DNA of 64,000 nucleotides from positions 111,540 through 175,539 of the forward strand of contig CAKPTA010000001.1 in assembly GCA_934190785.1 (NCBI GenBank). The letters are read 5' to 3'. Position 1 is the stretch's first letter. Each line of letters starts with the position of its first letter. The notes beneath the pieces are model-generated. The model searched no databases and had not been told where the DNA came from. It worked only from the letters and a program-made list of their open reading frames with translations. Below, piece after piece: positions 27,717 to 37,983 of the stretch. The DNA comes from an uncultured Bacilli bacterium. GTDB taxonomy: Bacteria; Bacillota_I; Bacilli_A; RF39; UBA660. The translations under genes were made by a program, and so were the position numbers.

Positions 27717-29459
27717 ATGAATTTAAAGGATTTATATATTAATTTTTTTGTAAGTAAAGGACATGTTCAAATACCAAGTGCACCAGTTGTACCTGAAAAT
27801 GATCCATCTGTTTTATTTAATACTGCAGGAATGCAACCACTTGTACCGTATTTAATGGGTGAAGTTCATCCATATGGGACACGCCTTTGTGATTATCAAA
27901 AATGTGTTCGAACAAATGATTTAGAAGAAATTGGTGATACAACGCATCATACTTTTTTTGAAATGCTTGGTAATTGGAGTTTAGGAGACTATTTTAAAGA
28001 AGAAGCAATTTCTTGGAGTTTTGAATTTTTAACAAGTGTTTTAAAAATACCAGTTGAAAGACTAGCTGTTACGGTATTTGGTGGTAATGAATATATTGAT
28101 TTTGATAAAGAGTCTTATAATAAGTGGTTATCACTTGGAATTAAAGAATCTAGAATTGCTAAGACTAGTGATGATAATTTTTGGATAGCAGGAGAAGCAG
28201 GACCTTGTGGACCTGACACAGAAATATTTTATTGGCGTAGCGATGATGAAATTCCTGATACTTTTGATACTGAAGATGATAGATGGGTTGAAATATGGAA
28301 TAATGTTTTTATGGCATACAATAAAAGCCTAGAGGGTGTTATTACTGATTTACCAAAGAAGAATGTAGATACTGGTATGGGTGTTGAGAGAGTAACAGCA
28401 ATTTTAGAGGGTGTAGATGATAATTATTTATCTTCTATATGGCGTGATGTTATAAGTTTAATAGAAAATATTTCTGGACTTTCTTATAATGGTAATGAAA
28501 AAAGTATGCGTGTTATAGCTGATCACATTAGAACAGCGGTATTTATTGCAGCTGATCCTGCTGGTATTAAGCCAAGTAATACAGATCAAGGTTATATTTT
28601 AAGAAGATTAATAAGACGTGCGATTAGACATGCAAAGAAACTTAATATTGATATTAATAGTAATTGGGAAAGTGAAATAGCTAAATTAATTATCGATAAA
28701 TATAAAAAATATTATAGTGAAATTGAGAGTAATAAAAATGTTGTTTTAGATGTTTTAAAACAAGAAAAAGAAAAATTTAATCGTACACTTGAAAAGGGAC
28801 TTAGGGAATTTGAAAAAGTAAGTAATACAGATATTGACGCTAATGTTGCTTTTCATCTTTATGATACTTATGGCTTTCCAATCGAACTTACTTTAGAGCT
28901 TGCATCTGAAAAAAATCTTAAAGTAGATGTTGAGGGCTTCAAAGAAAAATTTAGGGCTCATCAAGAATTATCTCGTACAGCTTCTAAAGGAAAATTTAAA
29001 GGTGGACTTGCTGGAAATAGTGAAATAGAAATTAAGTATCATACAGCAACACATTTACTTAATGCTGCTTTAAAAGTCGTTTTAGGAAGCGATGTTCATC
29101 AAAAAGGTTCAAATATAACTGATGAGAGAATGCGTTTTGATTTTTCTTGTGATCACAAGTTAACAGATGAAGAGAAAAAAGCGGCTGAAGATTTAGTAAA
29201 TAAATGGATTAGTGAGGCTATTCCTGTTACAAAGAAGGAAATGTCTAAGGAAGAAGCAATTAAATCAGGTGCAGAATGTATGTTTATTGAAAAATATCCA
29301 GATGTTGTAACTGTATATAGTATAGGCGATGTCTCACATGAACTATGTGGAGGTCCACATGTTAAAAACACAAGTGAACTTGGGCACTTCAAAATAAAGA
29401 AAGAAGAAGCAAGTAGTGCTGGTGTTCGTAGAATTAAAGCAATTTTAGAAGATGCATAA
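27717..29459 (+). CDS. alaS: alanine--tRNA ligase, short form (catalytic, tRNA-recognition and editing domains; no C-Ala domain)
   Basis: N-terminal FNTAGMQPLVPYLMG...GNWSLGDYFK. Editing motifs HTATHLLNAAL and CGGPHV. The ORF stops at 580 aa in front of a terminator. Confidence 0.85.
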   Translation: MNLKDLYINFFVSKGHVQIPSAPVVPENDPSVLFNTAGMQPLVPYLMGEVHPYGTRLCDYQKCVRTNDLEEIGDTTHHTFFEMLGNWSLGDYFKEEAISWSFEFLTSVLKIPVERLAVTVFGGNEYIDFDKESYNKWLSLGIKESRIAKTSDDNFWIAGEAGPCGPDTEIFYWRSDDEIPDTFDTEDDRWVEIWNNVFMAYNKSLEGVITDLPKKNVDTGMGVERVTAILEGVDDNYLSSIWRDVISLIENISGLSYNGNEKSMRVIADHIRTAVFIAADPAGIKPSNTDQGYILRRLIRRAIRHAKKLNIDINSNWESEIAKLIIDKYKKYYSEIESNKNVVLDVLKQEKEKFNRTLEKGLREFEKVSNTDIDANVAFHLYDTYGFPIELTLELASEKNLKVDVEGFKEKFRAHQELSRTASKGKFKGGLAGNSEIEIKYHTATHLLNAALKVVLGSDVHQKGSNITDERMRFDFSCDHKLTDEEKKAAEDLVNKWISEAIPVTKKEMSKEEAIKSGAECMFIEKYPDVVTVYSIGDVSHELCGGPHVKNTSELGHFKIKKEEASSAGVRRIKAILEDA

Positions 29460-29470
29460 GCATCTTTTTT
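29450..29470 (+). terminator. rho-independent terminator overlapping the alaS stop
   Basis: agatgc-ataa-gcatct followed by T6. Confidence 0.45.
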
Positions 29471-29508
29471 TCGTATCCTCAATATGATATAATTTATATG
29501 GTGATACT

Positions 29509-29721
29509 ATGGAATTTTTAAATATAACAATTGATGGTAAAAGATACGATTATGTAACATCTATAAATTATAATTCAAAATCATATGTAGCACTCGCTAA
29601 TGCGGATGTTATAACTATAAGTGAATATGATATTGTTGATGGGAAACTTATTTTGTATCAAATCAGCGATGATGTATTTAAAAGTGTGAGTGAGGTGATG
29701 TGCTTAAATGATAAAGTATAA
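29509..29721 (+). CDS. small DUF1292-like protein (paralog of the 32777..33067 gene)
   Basis: 70 aa. The pattern (..YDYVTSINYNSKSYVAL.....ITISEYDIVDGK) resembles DUF1292/UPF0473. Confidence 0.3.
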   Translation: MEFLNITIDGKRYDYVTSINYNSKSYVALANADVITISEYDIVDGKLILYQISDDVFKSVSEVMCLNDKV

Positions 29722-30892
29722 ATTTTATGTTGATAATGATGGCACTTTAAACTGCCTAAAAAGTGATTCCATAAAAAATGAGAAAATGGAACCAGAAAAA
29801 GCTATTCAATTATTTAAGAAATTTGACAAAAAATCATTTACTCATGTTGATATAAGTTCTAGAAATATGATTTTTAAAGTTGATAATGTAGAAATTCACT
29901 TTATAAATTATCTAGAAATAATTTCTGAATATAATTTTTATTTATCAAACACTTTACCTAAAATAGAGAGGTTACTTAATCGTAATCAAAAGAAAAAACA
30001 TAGTAATAAGCGCCTTCATAATTTGAAATTAGCAGGTATTGGCGTTACTGTTGGCTCACTTGCAATGTGCTCTTTAGTAATGAACTATAATGCTAAAAAA
30101 AGTAACTTTGTTAATAATAATATTGATGAAATATTATTGGATGATAGTGATACAAAAGAGAATAATTATGATTTAGGTGATAATGTTAAAATTAATGAAA
30201 ATATAGTTGATAAAGAACAGGATGTAACACATATTGATTATGAGAGCGAGAGATATTCAAAGACAGGTGAATATGCGTATAATCTTTATTACGAAACTAT
30301 TTTGCCTTATGCTTGTGAGTGGGGAATTTCGCCTGAACTTGTAATGGCAATTTTAACACAGGAAAGTGCAGGTAAAAATTCTAATTTAATGCAAATAGAA
30401 TTTTCGGCCTGGGAAGATCAAGTTCTTAAAGTATATAATTTTGATAGTAATGAAAATAAAAAATATGTTTTAACTAATGATCCTAAAAAATATAATGGTA
30501 AAGATATTATTTGTATTAGTGAAGAATAATTAAATAATCCAAGAATTAATATATCTGTTGGATGCATTCTTTTAACTGAAGCTATGAAAAGTATGCATTA
30601 TCATATTGGAGCTGGAATTCAGTGCTATAATTTTGGCGTTGGTAATATGCGTAAAGTTTTAGAAAAAACAAGTAGTGAAACTAAAGAGAGTATTGATGAA
30701 ATTTTATCTTCACAAAAAAATCTTGATTTTACTAATTATACAAATATTATTAAAGCTGGAGATAAGGATTATTTAAAACATGTTTTAAGGTATTTAAGTG
30801 ACTATGATGATGGTATTAAAATAAAATATGTAGATGATAGTGGTAATATATGTGAGAATAATGTAACAATATTACCAAGTAAAACAAAGTAA
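29708..30892 (+). pseudogene. membrane-anchored family-1 lytic transglycosylase (SLT domain) interrupted by a single in-frame TAA at 30527-30529
   Basis: ORFs 29708..30529 and 30584..30892 share a frame. The SLT motifs are split across them: ...AILTQESAG... before the stop and ...YNFGVGNMRKV (AYNAGxGxV-like) after it. Confidence 0.5.
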
Positions 30893-30903
30893 GGAGTGGT
30901 AAT

Positions 30904-32022
30904 ATGAGTATTAGTAAAAATATGACTAGATGTGAAAATAGTTTGAGTAAGTATGCTTGTAAAAGTAAAGAAGCAATTCGTATTTATCCTGTAAAAGAAG
31001 ATATTCGTCCACCATTTTTTCATGATATAGATAGAATTATTTATTCTCTAGCATATACTCGTTATATTGATAAGACACAAGTATTTAGTTTAAATGAAAA
31101 TGATCATATAAGTAGAAGAATGATTCATGTTCAATTTGTAAGTAAAATAGCAAAAACAATTGGGAGGGCGCTTGCTTTAAACGAAGATTTGATTGAAGCT
31201 ATTGCTCTAGGTCATGATCTTGGACATGTACCTTTTGGACATGTTGGAGAAAGAATTTTGAGTAATCTTAGTTTTTCTTATAATCACACCTATTTCAATC
31301 ATAATATTCAAAGTGTTCGTCAGTTAATGGTTTTAGAAAATCACGGTAGGGGATGTAATATAACACTTCAAGTTTTAGATGGAATAATGTGTCATAATGG
31401 AGAATTTTTAGAGGGAAAGTATTATCCTAAAAAGAAAACTTTAGAAGAATTTTTAGCTGAATATAATGATAGTTATACGAAAGAAGATATTATAAATAGA
31501 CTTGTTCCTTCAACTCTTGAAGGATGTGTTGTTAGAATTAGTGATATGATAGGTTATATTGGACGTGATATCGAAGATGCTATTTTGCTTGGCGTTTTAA
31601 AAAGAGAAGACTTACCGGTAGAAATTACAAAAATTTTAGGAAATACGAATCGTGATATTATAAATAGTATTACATTAGATATAATAAAAAATAGTGAAGG
31701 TAAAAATTATATCTGTATGAGTTCTAATGTATATAAAGCTTTACGTGATTTAAAGGCGTTTAATGCAAATGAAATATATGCAAAGGCAAACACAAAAGAA
31801 CAAATTGCTAAATATGAAGAAATGTTTAAAACTGTCTTTACAACTTATCTTAATGATTTAGAAGTACAAAATAGATCTAGTGATATATTTACTTATTTTT
31901 TGAATGATATGGATTTAGAATATTTTGCTAAAACAGATAACGTTCAAATGGTTGTTGACTATATTGCTGGTATGACAGATGACTTTTTTGTACATCAGTA
32001 TGAGAAAATTAAAAATTCATAA
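30904..32022 (+). CDS. dGTPase-family HD-domain phosphohydrolase
   Basis: HDLGHVPFGHVGE and upstream RRMIHVQFVS are the dGTP triphosphohydrolase-like HD motifs. Confidence 0.7.
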   Translation: MSISKNMTRCENSLSKYACKSKEAIRIYPVKEDIRPPFFHDIDRIIYSLAYTRYIDKTQVFSLNENDHISRRMIHVQFVSKIAKTIGRALALNEDLIEAIALGHDLGHVPFGHVGERILSNLSFSYNHTYFNHNIQSVRQLMVLENHGRGCNITLQVLDGIMCHNGEFLEGKYYPKKKTLEEFLAEYNDSYTKEDIINRLVPSTLEGCVVRISDMIGYIGRDIEDAILLGVLKREDLPVEITKILGNTNRDIINSITLDIIKNSEGKNYICMSSNVYKALRDLKAFNANEIYAKANTKEQIAKYEEMFKTVFTTYLNDLEVQNRSSDIFTYFLNDMDLEYFAKTDNVQMVVDYIAGMTDDFFVHQYEKIKNS

Positions 32023-32103
32023 ATTATGATATAGAATTGCTTAAATGAAAAAAGCATGTTACAATATAAATGTATTGATATATGATAATCGGATGGTGAT
32101 AGC

Positions 32104-32355
32104 ATGAATAATTTAGATGAAACAAAAATCTATAATGCAAGTGATGTAGAGAATGCTTACATTTTACACGAATTAAAAGAGATTAGTGATATTCTAAAAG
32201 AAAGAGGTTATAATCCTATTCATCAGTTAGTTGGATATATGCTAAGTGGGGACCTAGGTTATATAACAAGTTATAAAAATGCTAGAGGAAGAATTATGCA
32301 ACTAGATAGAATAAAACTACTAGAAGCTATGGTTAAAAACAGCTTGGAATTATGA
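32104..32355 (+). CDS. IreB family regulatory phosphoprotein (UPF0297)
   Basis: 83 aa in the position between alaS and ruvX where the YrzL/IreB-family gene sits in B. subtilis. Confidence 0.65.
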   Translation: MNNLDETKIYNASDVENAYILHELKEISDILKERGYNPIHQLVGYMLSGDLGYITSYKNARGRIMQLDRIKLLEAMVKNSLEL

Positions 32356-32780
32356 GATATTTAGGCCTTGATTTAGGAACTAGAACTCTTGGAATATCGT
32401 TATCTGATACTTCTCTTACAATAGCAACTCCATATACTGTTTTAAGATTTAATGATGGATGCTATGAAGATACATTCCCTGATATTAAAAAAATTGTGGA
32501 TGAGTATGGTATCAAAAAAATCATTTTAGGTTTTCCTAAAAATATGAATAATACAGTTGGAGATAGAGGTACAACAACTATACTATATAAAGAGAAACTT
32601 GAAAAATATTTGAATCTTGAAGTTGTTCTTCAAGACGAAAGATTATCGACAGTAGAAGCTACACACTACATGATACAAGCTGATATTTCTAGAAAAAAAA
32701 GAAAGAAAAAAATAGATAGCTTAGCTGCTAATATCATATTACAAACATATTTAGATAAAGAGAAAGGACTAAAAAAATGA
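32352..32780 (+). CDS. ruvX: putative pre-16S rRNA nuclease / Holliday-junction-resolvase-like YqgF
   Basis: YLGLDLGTRTLGISLSD N-terminus (RNase H-like YqgF). Confidence 0.85.
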   Translation: MRYLGLDLGTRTLGISLSDTSLTIATPYTVLRFNDGCYEDTFPDIKKIVDEYGIKKIILGFPKNMNNTVGDRGTTTILYKEKLEKYLNLEVVLQDERLSTVEATHYMIQADISRKKRKKKIDSLAANIILQTYLDKEKGLKK

Positions 32781-33067
32781 AAGAAGAATTAGTAAAATTT
32801 AAAGTATTTGATGAAGATGGTAAGGAAGTAGAGTGCGAAGTATTATTTACTTTTGATTCTGATGAAACAAATAAAAGTTATATGGTGTATACTGATAATA
32901 CTGTTGATGAAGATGGTAATACACGTGTTTATGCATCAATTTACAATCCAGAAGCAGATGAAGTTAAATTGGAACCAATTGAGACAGATAAAGAATGGAA
33001 AATTATCGAAACAATTTTAAATGAAATACAAGATTCTGTTAAAGATGGAGAGGAAAGCGAGCAATAA
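32777..33067 (+). CDS. DUF1292 (UPF0473) family protein
   Basis: Acidic ~95-aa protein between ruvX and mltG, as for YrzB in B. subtilis. Confidence 0.65.
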   Translation: MKEELVKFKVFDEDGKEVECEVLFTFDSDETNKSYMVYTDNTVDEDGNTRVYASIYNPEADEVKLEPIETDKEWKIIETILNEIQDSVKDGEESEQ

Positions 33068-34154
33068 TAGCTCGTCTTTGTATATGAAGAAGTATAATTC
33101 ACTTTTGAAAATTATTGTTACATTTATAATTAGTATTTTAATGTTTTTATATATTCTATATCACTTTTTATTATCTAGTCCTTCTAGTAATAAGAATATT
33201 ATTTCTTTTGAAGTAAAGTCAGGTGATAGTCTTCTTACTATTGCAGATGAATTAAAAGACTCAGGACTTATTAGGTCTAAGCTTGCTTATAAGTTATACA
33301 TTAAATTTCATAAAGTAAGTGGCCTAGAAGCTGGTGTTTATGAACTTACGCCTAATATGGATGTTGTTGCTTTAACTAAAACTTTATCGGGAAAAAGTAA
33401 GAATACAAATAATATAAAAATAACATTTAAAGAAGGCATAAATATGCGAGCTGTTGCAGCTTTAATTGAAAAGAATACTAATTATAGTGAAGAAGATGTA
33501 TATGATCTTTTATCTGATGATGAATTTCTTAATGAATTAATTGAAAAGTATTGGTTTTTAACAGATGAAATAAAAAATAAAAATATATATTATTCTCTTG
33601 AAGGATATTTATTTCCAAATACATATGAGTTTAAAAAAGATGCTACTTTAGAAGAAATGTTTATTACGCTTTTAAACGAAACAGATAAAGTATTAAGTAA
33701 ATATAAAAGCGATATTAATAAGAGTTCTTATTCTATCCATGAACTTTTAACACTAGCTTCTATAGTTGAGCTTGAAGCAAGTAGAGATGTTGATAGAGCG
33801 TCAGTAGCAGGTGTATTTTATAATCGTTTAGAGAATAATTGGTCACTAGGAAGTGATGTTACAACTTATTATGCGGCTCGTGTTGATATGAGTGAACGTG
33901 ATTTATATGTATCTGAATTAAATGATTATAATGCTTATAACACAAGAAGTAGTAAAATGGCTGGTAAACTTCCTGTTGGACCAATTTGTAATCCTAGTGA
34001 AGAATCAATTCTAGCAGCGATTAATCCAGTGAGTCATAATTACTTTTATTTTGTTGCTGATAAAAATAAAAAGACTTATTTTTCACGTACTTCAAGTGAG
34101 CATGCAAAAACAATAAGTGAGTTAAAGGAAGCGGGATTATGGTACGAATACTAG
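33021..34154 (+). CDS. mltG: endolytic murein transglycosylase MltG (YceG-like)
   Basis: N-terminal TM and YceG-like domain. The true start may be ATG ~33087 (MKKYNSLLK). Confidence 0.8.
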   Translation: MKYKILLKMERKASNNSSSLYMKKYNSLLKIIVTFIISILMFLYILYHFLLSSPSSNKNIISFEVKSGDSLLTIADELKDSGLIRSKLAYKLYIKFHKVSGLEAGVYELTPNMDVVALTKTLSGKSKNTNNIKITFKEGINMRAVAALIEKNTNYSEEDVYDLLSDDEFLNELIEKYWFLTDEIKNKNIYYSLEGYLFPNTYEFKKDATLEEMFITLLNETDKVLSKYKSDINKSSYSIHELLTLASIVELEASRDVDRASVAGVFYNRLENNWSLGSDVTTYYAARVDMSERDLYVSELNDYNAYNTRSSKMAGKLPVGPICNPSEESILAAINPVSHNYFYFVADKNKKTYFSRTSSEHAKTISELKEAGLWYEY

Positions 34155-34720
34155 AAGAAATGGAAGAATATGCAGCATTAAATAATATTCCTATTATGAT
34201 GCCAGATGGTATAGAGTTTTTACTTGAATATATAAAAGAACATCATGTTAAGAATATTCTTGAGATAGGTAGCGCTATTGGATACTCTTCAATTAGGATG
34301 GCTAGTGTAGATGAAAGTATTAAAGTTACAACAATTGAAAGAGACGAAAAAAGATATGCGATGGCTTTGAAAAATATCCATAAAGCTGGGTTAGATAATA
34401 GAATAGAAATAATAGCTGGAGATGCTCTAGAGACTAATATCGATTCTATATATGATTTAATTTTTATTGATGCTGCCAAAGCGCAATATATTAAATTTTT
34501 TGAAAAATATAAGCATAATTTAAGTATGGATGGAGCAATTGTATCTGATAATTTAAATTTTCATGGATTAGTTCATGAAGACACCAGTACAATGAGTCGT
34601 AATGTTAGGGGACTTGTTAGAAAAATTAATTTGTATGTTGATTTTTTAACTAATAATGATGAATTTAAAACAGAATTTTATTCTATTGGTGATGGTATTG
34701 GAATAAGTACAAGAAAATAA
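34139..34720 (+). CDS. class I SAM-dependent O-methyltransferase (TrmR/YrrM-like tRNA ho5U methyltransferase)
   Basis: O-methyltransferase family 3 motifs (ILEIGSAIGYSS, IFIDAAK). Confidence 0.7.
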   Translation: MVRILEEMEEYAALNNIPIMMPDGIEFLLEYIKEHHVKNILEIGSAIGYSSIRMASVDESIKVTTIERDEKRYAMALKNIHKAGLDNRIEIIAGDALETNIDSIYDLIFIDAAKAQYIKFFEKYKHNLSMDGAIVSDNLNFHGLVHEDTSTMSRNVRGLVRKINLYVDFLTNNDEFKTEFYSIGDGIGISTRK

Positions 34721-34772
34721 CTTGTACTTTTCTTTTTCTGTGATATAATAAAAGACCAAATGAGGGGTTATT

Positions 34773-35831
34773 ATGGAGTATAGTTTTGATAAAAATGAAT
34801 TAAAAAGTAAACTAAAAGAAAGTAAAAGATTATATAAAAATGGAATTATAACACAAAATGAATATAACATACTTATGCGTCAAATTAAAATGTTATTAGG
34901 TCATGTAAAAAAAGAAAAGAGTAGTTTTCCTTCATTAAAAGAAAAGCTAACAAAAATAAATAATATGCTTGTTTATTATGATCAAATGTTAACTGATGAT
35001 AGCGTGACTACATTAGAAACATTAGTAGATAATGTTTTAGATGATGAAATTCCAAAACCTAAAGAGATATCTTATCCAGTAGGAAATGAAGAACTTCTTA
35101 AATTAGTGCTGGATTTATATAAAGAGGTAAGCAGTGATGATAGTGATTTTTTAAGTGAGTTAGCAAATAATGGTAAACTTGAAATATCTCTTCCAAAATA
35201 TAGTTTTGATATGACTTCAATAACACAACTTCTATATTATAATGATTTCTATATAAGAATTGTACGTAGTAATACAGTTTATGATGCTTGTAGTATCGCT
35301 CATGAATTTAGACATATTTTAGATCGTAAAAATACAACTAAAATTGAAGGTAATGTTTTAAGCGAGATTAATCCTATTTTTATGGAACTTTATTTTAATT
35401 CTAAATTATATAAAGAAAATAATACTTTTGGAGAAGCTATTATAGATAGACTATATGATAATTATAAAATGGCTAGTAATATTAACGCTTTTCTAGCTCT
35501 TCTTAATTGTAGATATAATATAGCTCCTGCAACTGATGATATTATTTATGAGTGTTTTAATTGTAGTAATGAGTTAGAGCTTCTAGATATTATTGATGAT
35601 TTATCAAGTGGTTTGTTCTGTTTAAATTTTGATTATTTTATTGGTACAATAGGTGCTATAAATATATATTATAAAGCGCTAGATAATATATATGATGCTT
35701 TAAAAATAGTAAATAAAATAGCTTATAATATATCTTCACCAATTGAACTTGATGATGTTTTAAAATATTTAGGTAGTGATTCTGTAGAGCAATATCATAA
35801 TTTTGTAAATACATATGTTAAAAAGAAATAA
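34773..35831 (+). CDS. HExxH...E putative gluzincin metallopeptidase, paralog 3
   Basis: HEFRH ... SEINP. Same ~350-aa architecture as the 21126 and 22108 genes. Sits between trmR and the U32 pair. Confidence 0.45.
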   Translation: MEYSFDKNELKSKLKESKRLYKNGIITQNEYNILMRQIKMLLGHVKKEKSSFPSLKEKLTKINNMLVYYDQMLTDDSVTTLETLVDNVLDDEIPKPKEISYPVGNEELLKLVLDLYKEVSSDDSDFLSELANNGKLEISLPKYSFDMTSITQLLYYNDFYIRIVRSNTVYDACSIAHEFRHILDRKNTTKIEGNVLSEINPIFMELYFNSKLYKENNTFGEAIIDRLYDNYKMASNINAFLALLNCRYNIAPATDDIIYECFNCSNELELLDIIDDLSSGLFCLNFDYFIGTIGAINIYYKALDNIYDALKIVNKIAYNISSPIELDDVLKYLGSDSVEQYHNFVNTYVKKK

Positions 35832-35860
35832 AAATGATATAATGGATTAGGAGTGATTTT

Positions 35861-36721
35861 ATGACAAAACTAATTACTATACCAACAAAGCAAAATTTAA
35901 GTAATATTGTAGAATATAGTGATGCTATATTAATTGGAATTGATAATTTATCGGTTAATGTTCCAGATACTTATAGTATTCATGAAGTAGAAGAGATTAT
36001 TAAAAAATATAATCAAATAGAGTTTTTTGTAGCACTTAATAAAAATATGCATAAATGTGATCTAGATAGCCTAAAAGACACTTTAATAAAACTAGATAAG
36101 ATGAATATAGCAGGAATTTTTTATTATGATATAGCTGTTTTAGAATACAGAAACACTTTAAATTTAAAGGTTCCTTTAGTATGGAGTCAAGAACATTTAA
36201 CTACTAATTATGCGACTATGAATTATTGGTATAATGAAAATGTTAATTATACTTATGTATCTAGTGAAATAACACTAGATGAAATTATAGAAAATAGAAA
36301 AAATACAAAAATGAAACTTATTGTTCCTATTTTCGGGTATTTACCTATGTTTGTATCAAAAAGACATCTTGTAGAAAATTATTTAGAATATTTTAACCTT
36401 GATAAAAAGAGTAGCAAATATGAACTTGAGAAAGATTCAAAATTATATCCTGTTAGTATAATATCTAATGATACTACTATATATTCATCACATATTTTAA
36501 ATGGATTATCTGAACTTAAAGTTTTGGAAGAAAATAATATTGAATATGTGACACTTAATTCATACAATATTGATACGTCTAAGTTTATTGATGTTTTAAA
36601 AATATATAAAAGCAGATTATATGAAAGTGAAAAGGAAATTGATATGGTGTTTGATAATTTAGATAAAGGATTTTTATATAAAGAAACGGTATATAGGGTG
36701 AAGAAGAATGAAAAGAAGTAA
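35861..36721 (+). CDS. peptidase U32 family protein, YrrN-like
   Basis: Adjacent to and overlapping the canonical U32 gene. This is the YrrN-YrrO arrangement of B. subtilis. Confidence 0.55.
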   Translation: MTKLITIPTKQNLSNIVEYSDAILIGIDNLSVNVPDTYSIHEVEEIIKKYNQIEFFVALNKNMHKCDLDSLKDTLIKLDKMNIAGIFYYDIAVLEYRNTLNLKVPLVWSQEHLTTNYATMNYWYNENVNYTYVSSEITLDEIIENRKNTKMKLIVPIFGYLPMFVSKRHLVENYLEYFNLDKKSSKYELEKDSKLYPVSIISNDTTIYSSHILNGLSELKVLEENNIEYVTLNSYNIDTSKFIDVLKIYKSRLYESEKEIDMVFDNLDKGFLYKETVYRVKKNEKK

Positions 36722-37925
36722 ACCAGAATTATTAGCTCCAGCAGGAGATTTAGAACGTTTAAAAATAGCCATTTTATATGGCGCGGATGCTGTATATTTA
36801 GGAGGGCCTAGCCTAGGACTTAGAGCAAATGCAATAAATTTCACTTTTGAAGAACTAGAAGAAGGATGCCGTTTTGCGCATGAACATAATGCAAGAATTC
36901 ATGTAACGGTTAATATTGTACTTCATAATAAAGAAATACGTGAAGTTAAGGATTATTTAATACGCTTAGAAAAAATAGGTGTTGATGCTATAATCGTGAG
37001 TGATCCCGCAATTATTGATTTAGCTCTTAAATACACTAATTTAGAAATTCATCTTTCGACGCAACAATCTACTTTAAATAGAGAAGCTTGTCTTTATTGG
37101 TATAAAAAGGGTGTTAAGCGAATTGTAATGGGAAGAGAAGCTAGTAGGGAAGAGATTAAAGATATTATTGATAATGTTCCAATTGATGTTGAATGTTTTA
37201 TACATGGCGCTATGTGTGCATCTTATAGTGGTAGATGTGTTTTATCAAATTTTTTAACAGCTCGTGATGCTAATCGTGGAGGATGTAGTCAAATTTGTAG
37301 GTGGGATTTTAATCTTTTAGGTGATTCTAAAAAACTAAAAGGCGATAAAGATTTTACTTTGTGTACTAAAGACTTATCGATGCTTAAGTATTTGAATGAA
37401 ATGATTGATATGGGAATTACTTCTTTTAAAATAGAAGGAAGAATGCGCTCTATATATTATGTTGCAACTATTGTTGATGTTTATAGACGTTTTATTGATG
37501 CATATTTAAGTGGTGATAAAACATATAATAATTATGATTATTATGAACAAGTTCTTAGAAATTGTGCTAATAGGGATGCTGTACCACAATTCTTTAATGG
37601 TGTAAATGATGTAACGACACAGTATTATAATGGTAGAGAAGAAGTATCAAATCAGGATTTTTTAGGTATTATTTTATCTTATGATAATAAAACTAATTTA
37701 GCGCTTGTTGAAGAACGCAATTATTTTAAAGTTGGTGATAAAGTTGATATATTTGGTCCTAATATAGAGCCTTTTACATTTACAATATCCGAAATATTTG
37801 ATTCTGATTATAATGAAATAGATGTAGTTAGACATCCAAAACAACTTGTTTATGTTAAAATACCAGAAATTGCTTATCCAAATGATATGATTCGTATTAA
37901 TCGTATTAATAAGTTGACAAAATAG
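36708..37925 (+). CDS. peptidase U32 family protein (YrrO/TrhP-like tRNA hydroxylation factor)
   Basis: ELLAPAGDLERLKIAILYGADAVYLGG is the U32 N-terminal signature. Cys cluster CASYSGRC. Confidence 0.85.
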   Translation: MKRSKPELLAPAGDLERLKIAILYGADAVYLGGPSLGLRANAINFTFEELEEGCRFAHEHNARIHVTVNIVLHNKEIREVKDYLIRLEKIGVDAIIVSDPAIIDLALKYTNLEIHLSTQQSTLNREACLYWYKKGVKRIVMGREASREEIKDIIDNVPIDVECFIHGAMCASYSGRCVLSNFLTARDANRGGCSQICRWDFNLLGDSKKLKGDKDFTLCTKDLSMLKYLNEMIDMGITSFKIEGRMRSIYYVATIVDVYRRFIDAYLSGDKTYNNYDYYEQVLRNCANRDAVPQFFNGVNDVTTQYYNGREEVSNQDFLGIILSYDNKTNLALVEERNYFKVGDKVDIFGPNIEPFTFTISEIFDSDYNEIDVVRHPKQLVYVKIPEIAYPNDMIRINRINKLTK

Positions 37926-37983
37926 TTATTTCGTAGTATACTTTTGCAAGTTTAATGATTATAGAAAATTTGAGGTGAAATGT

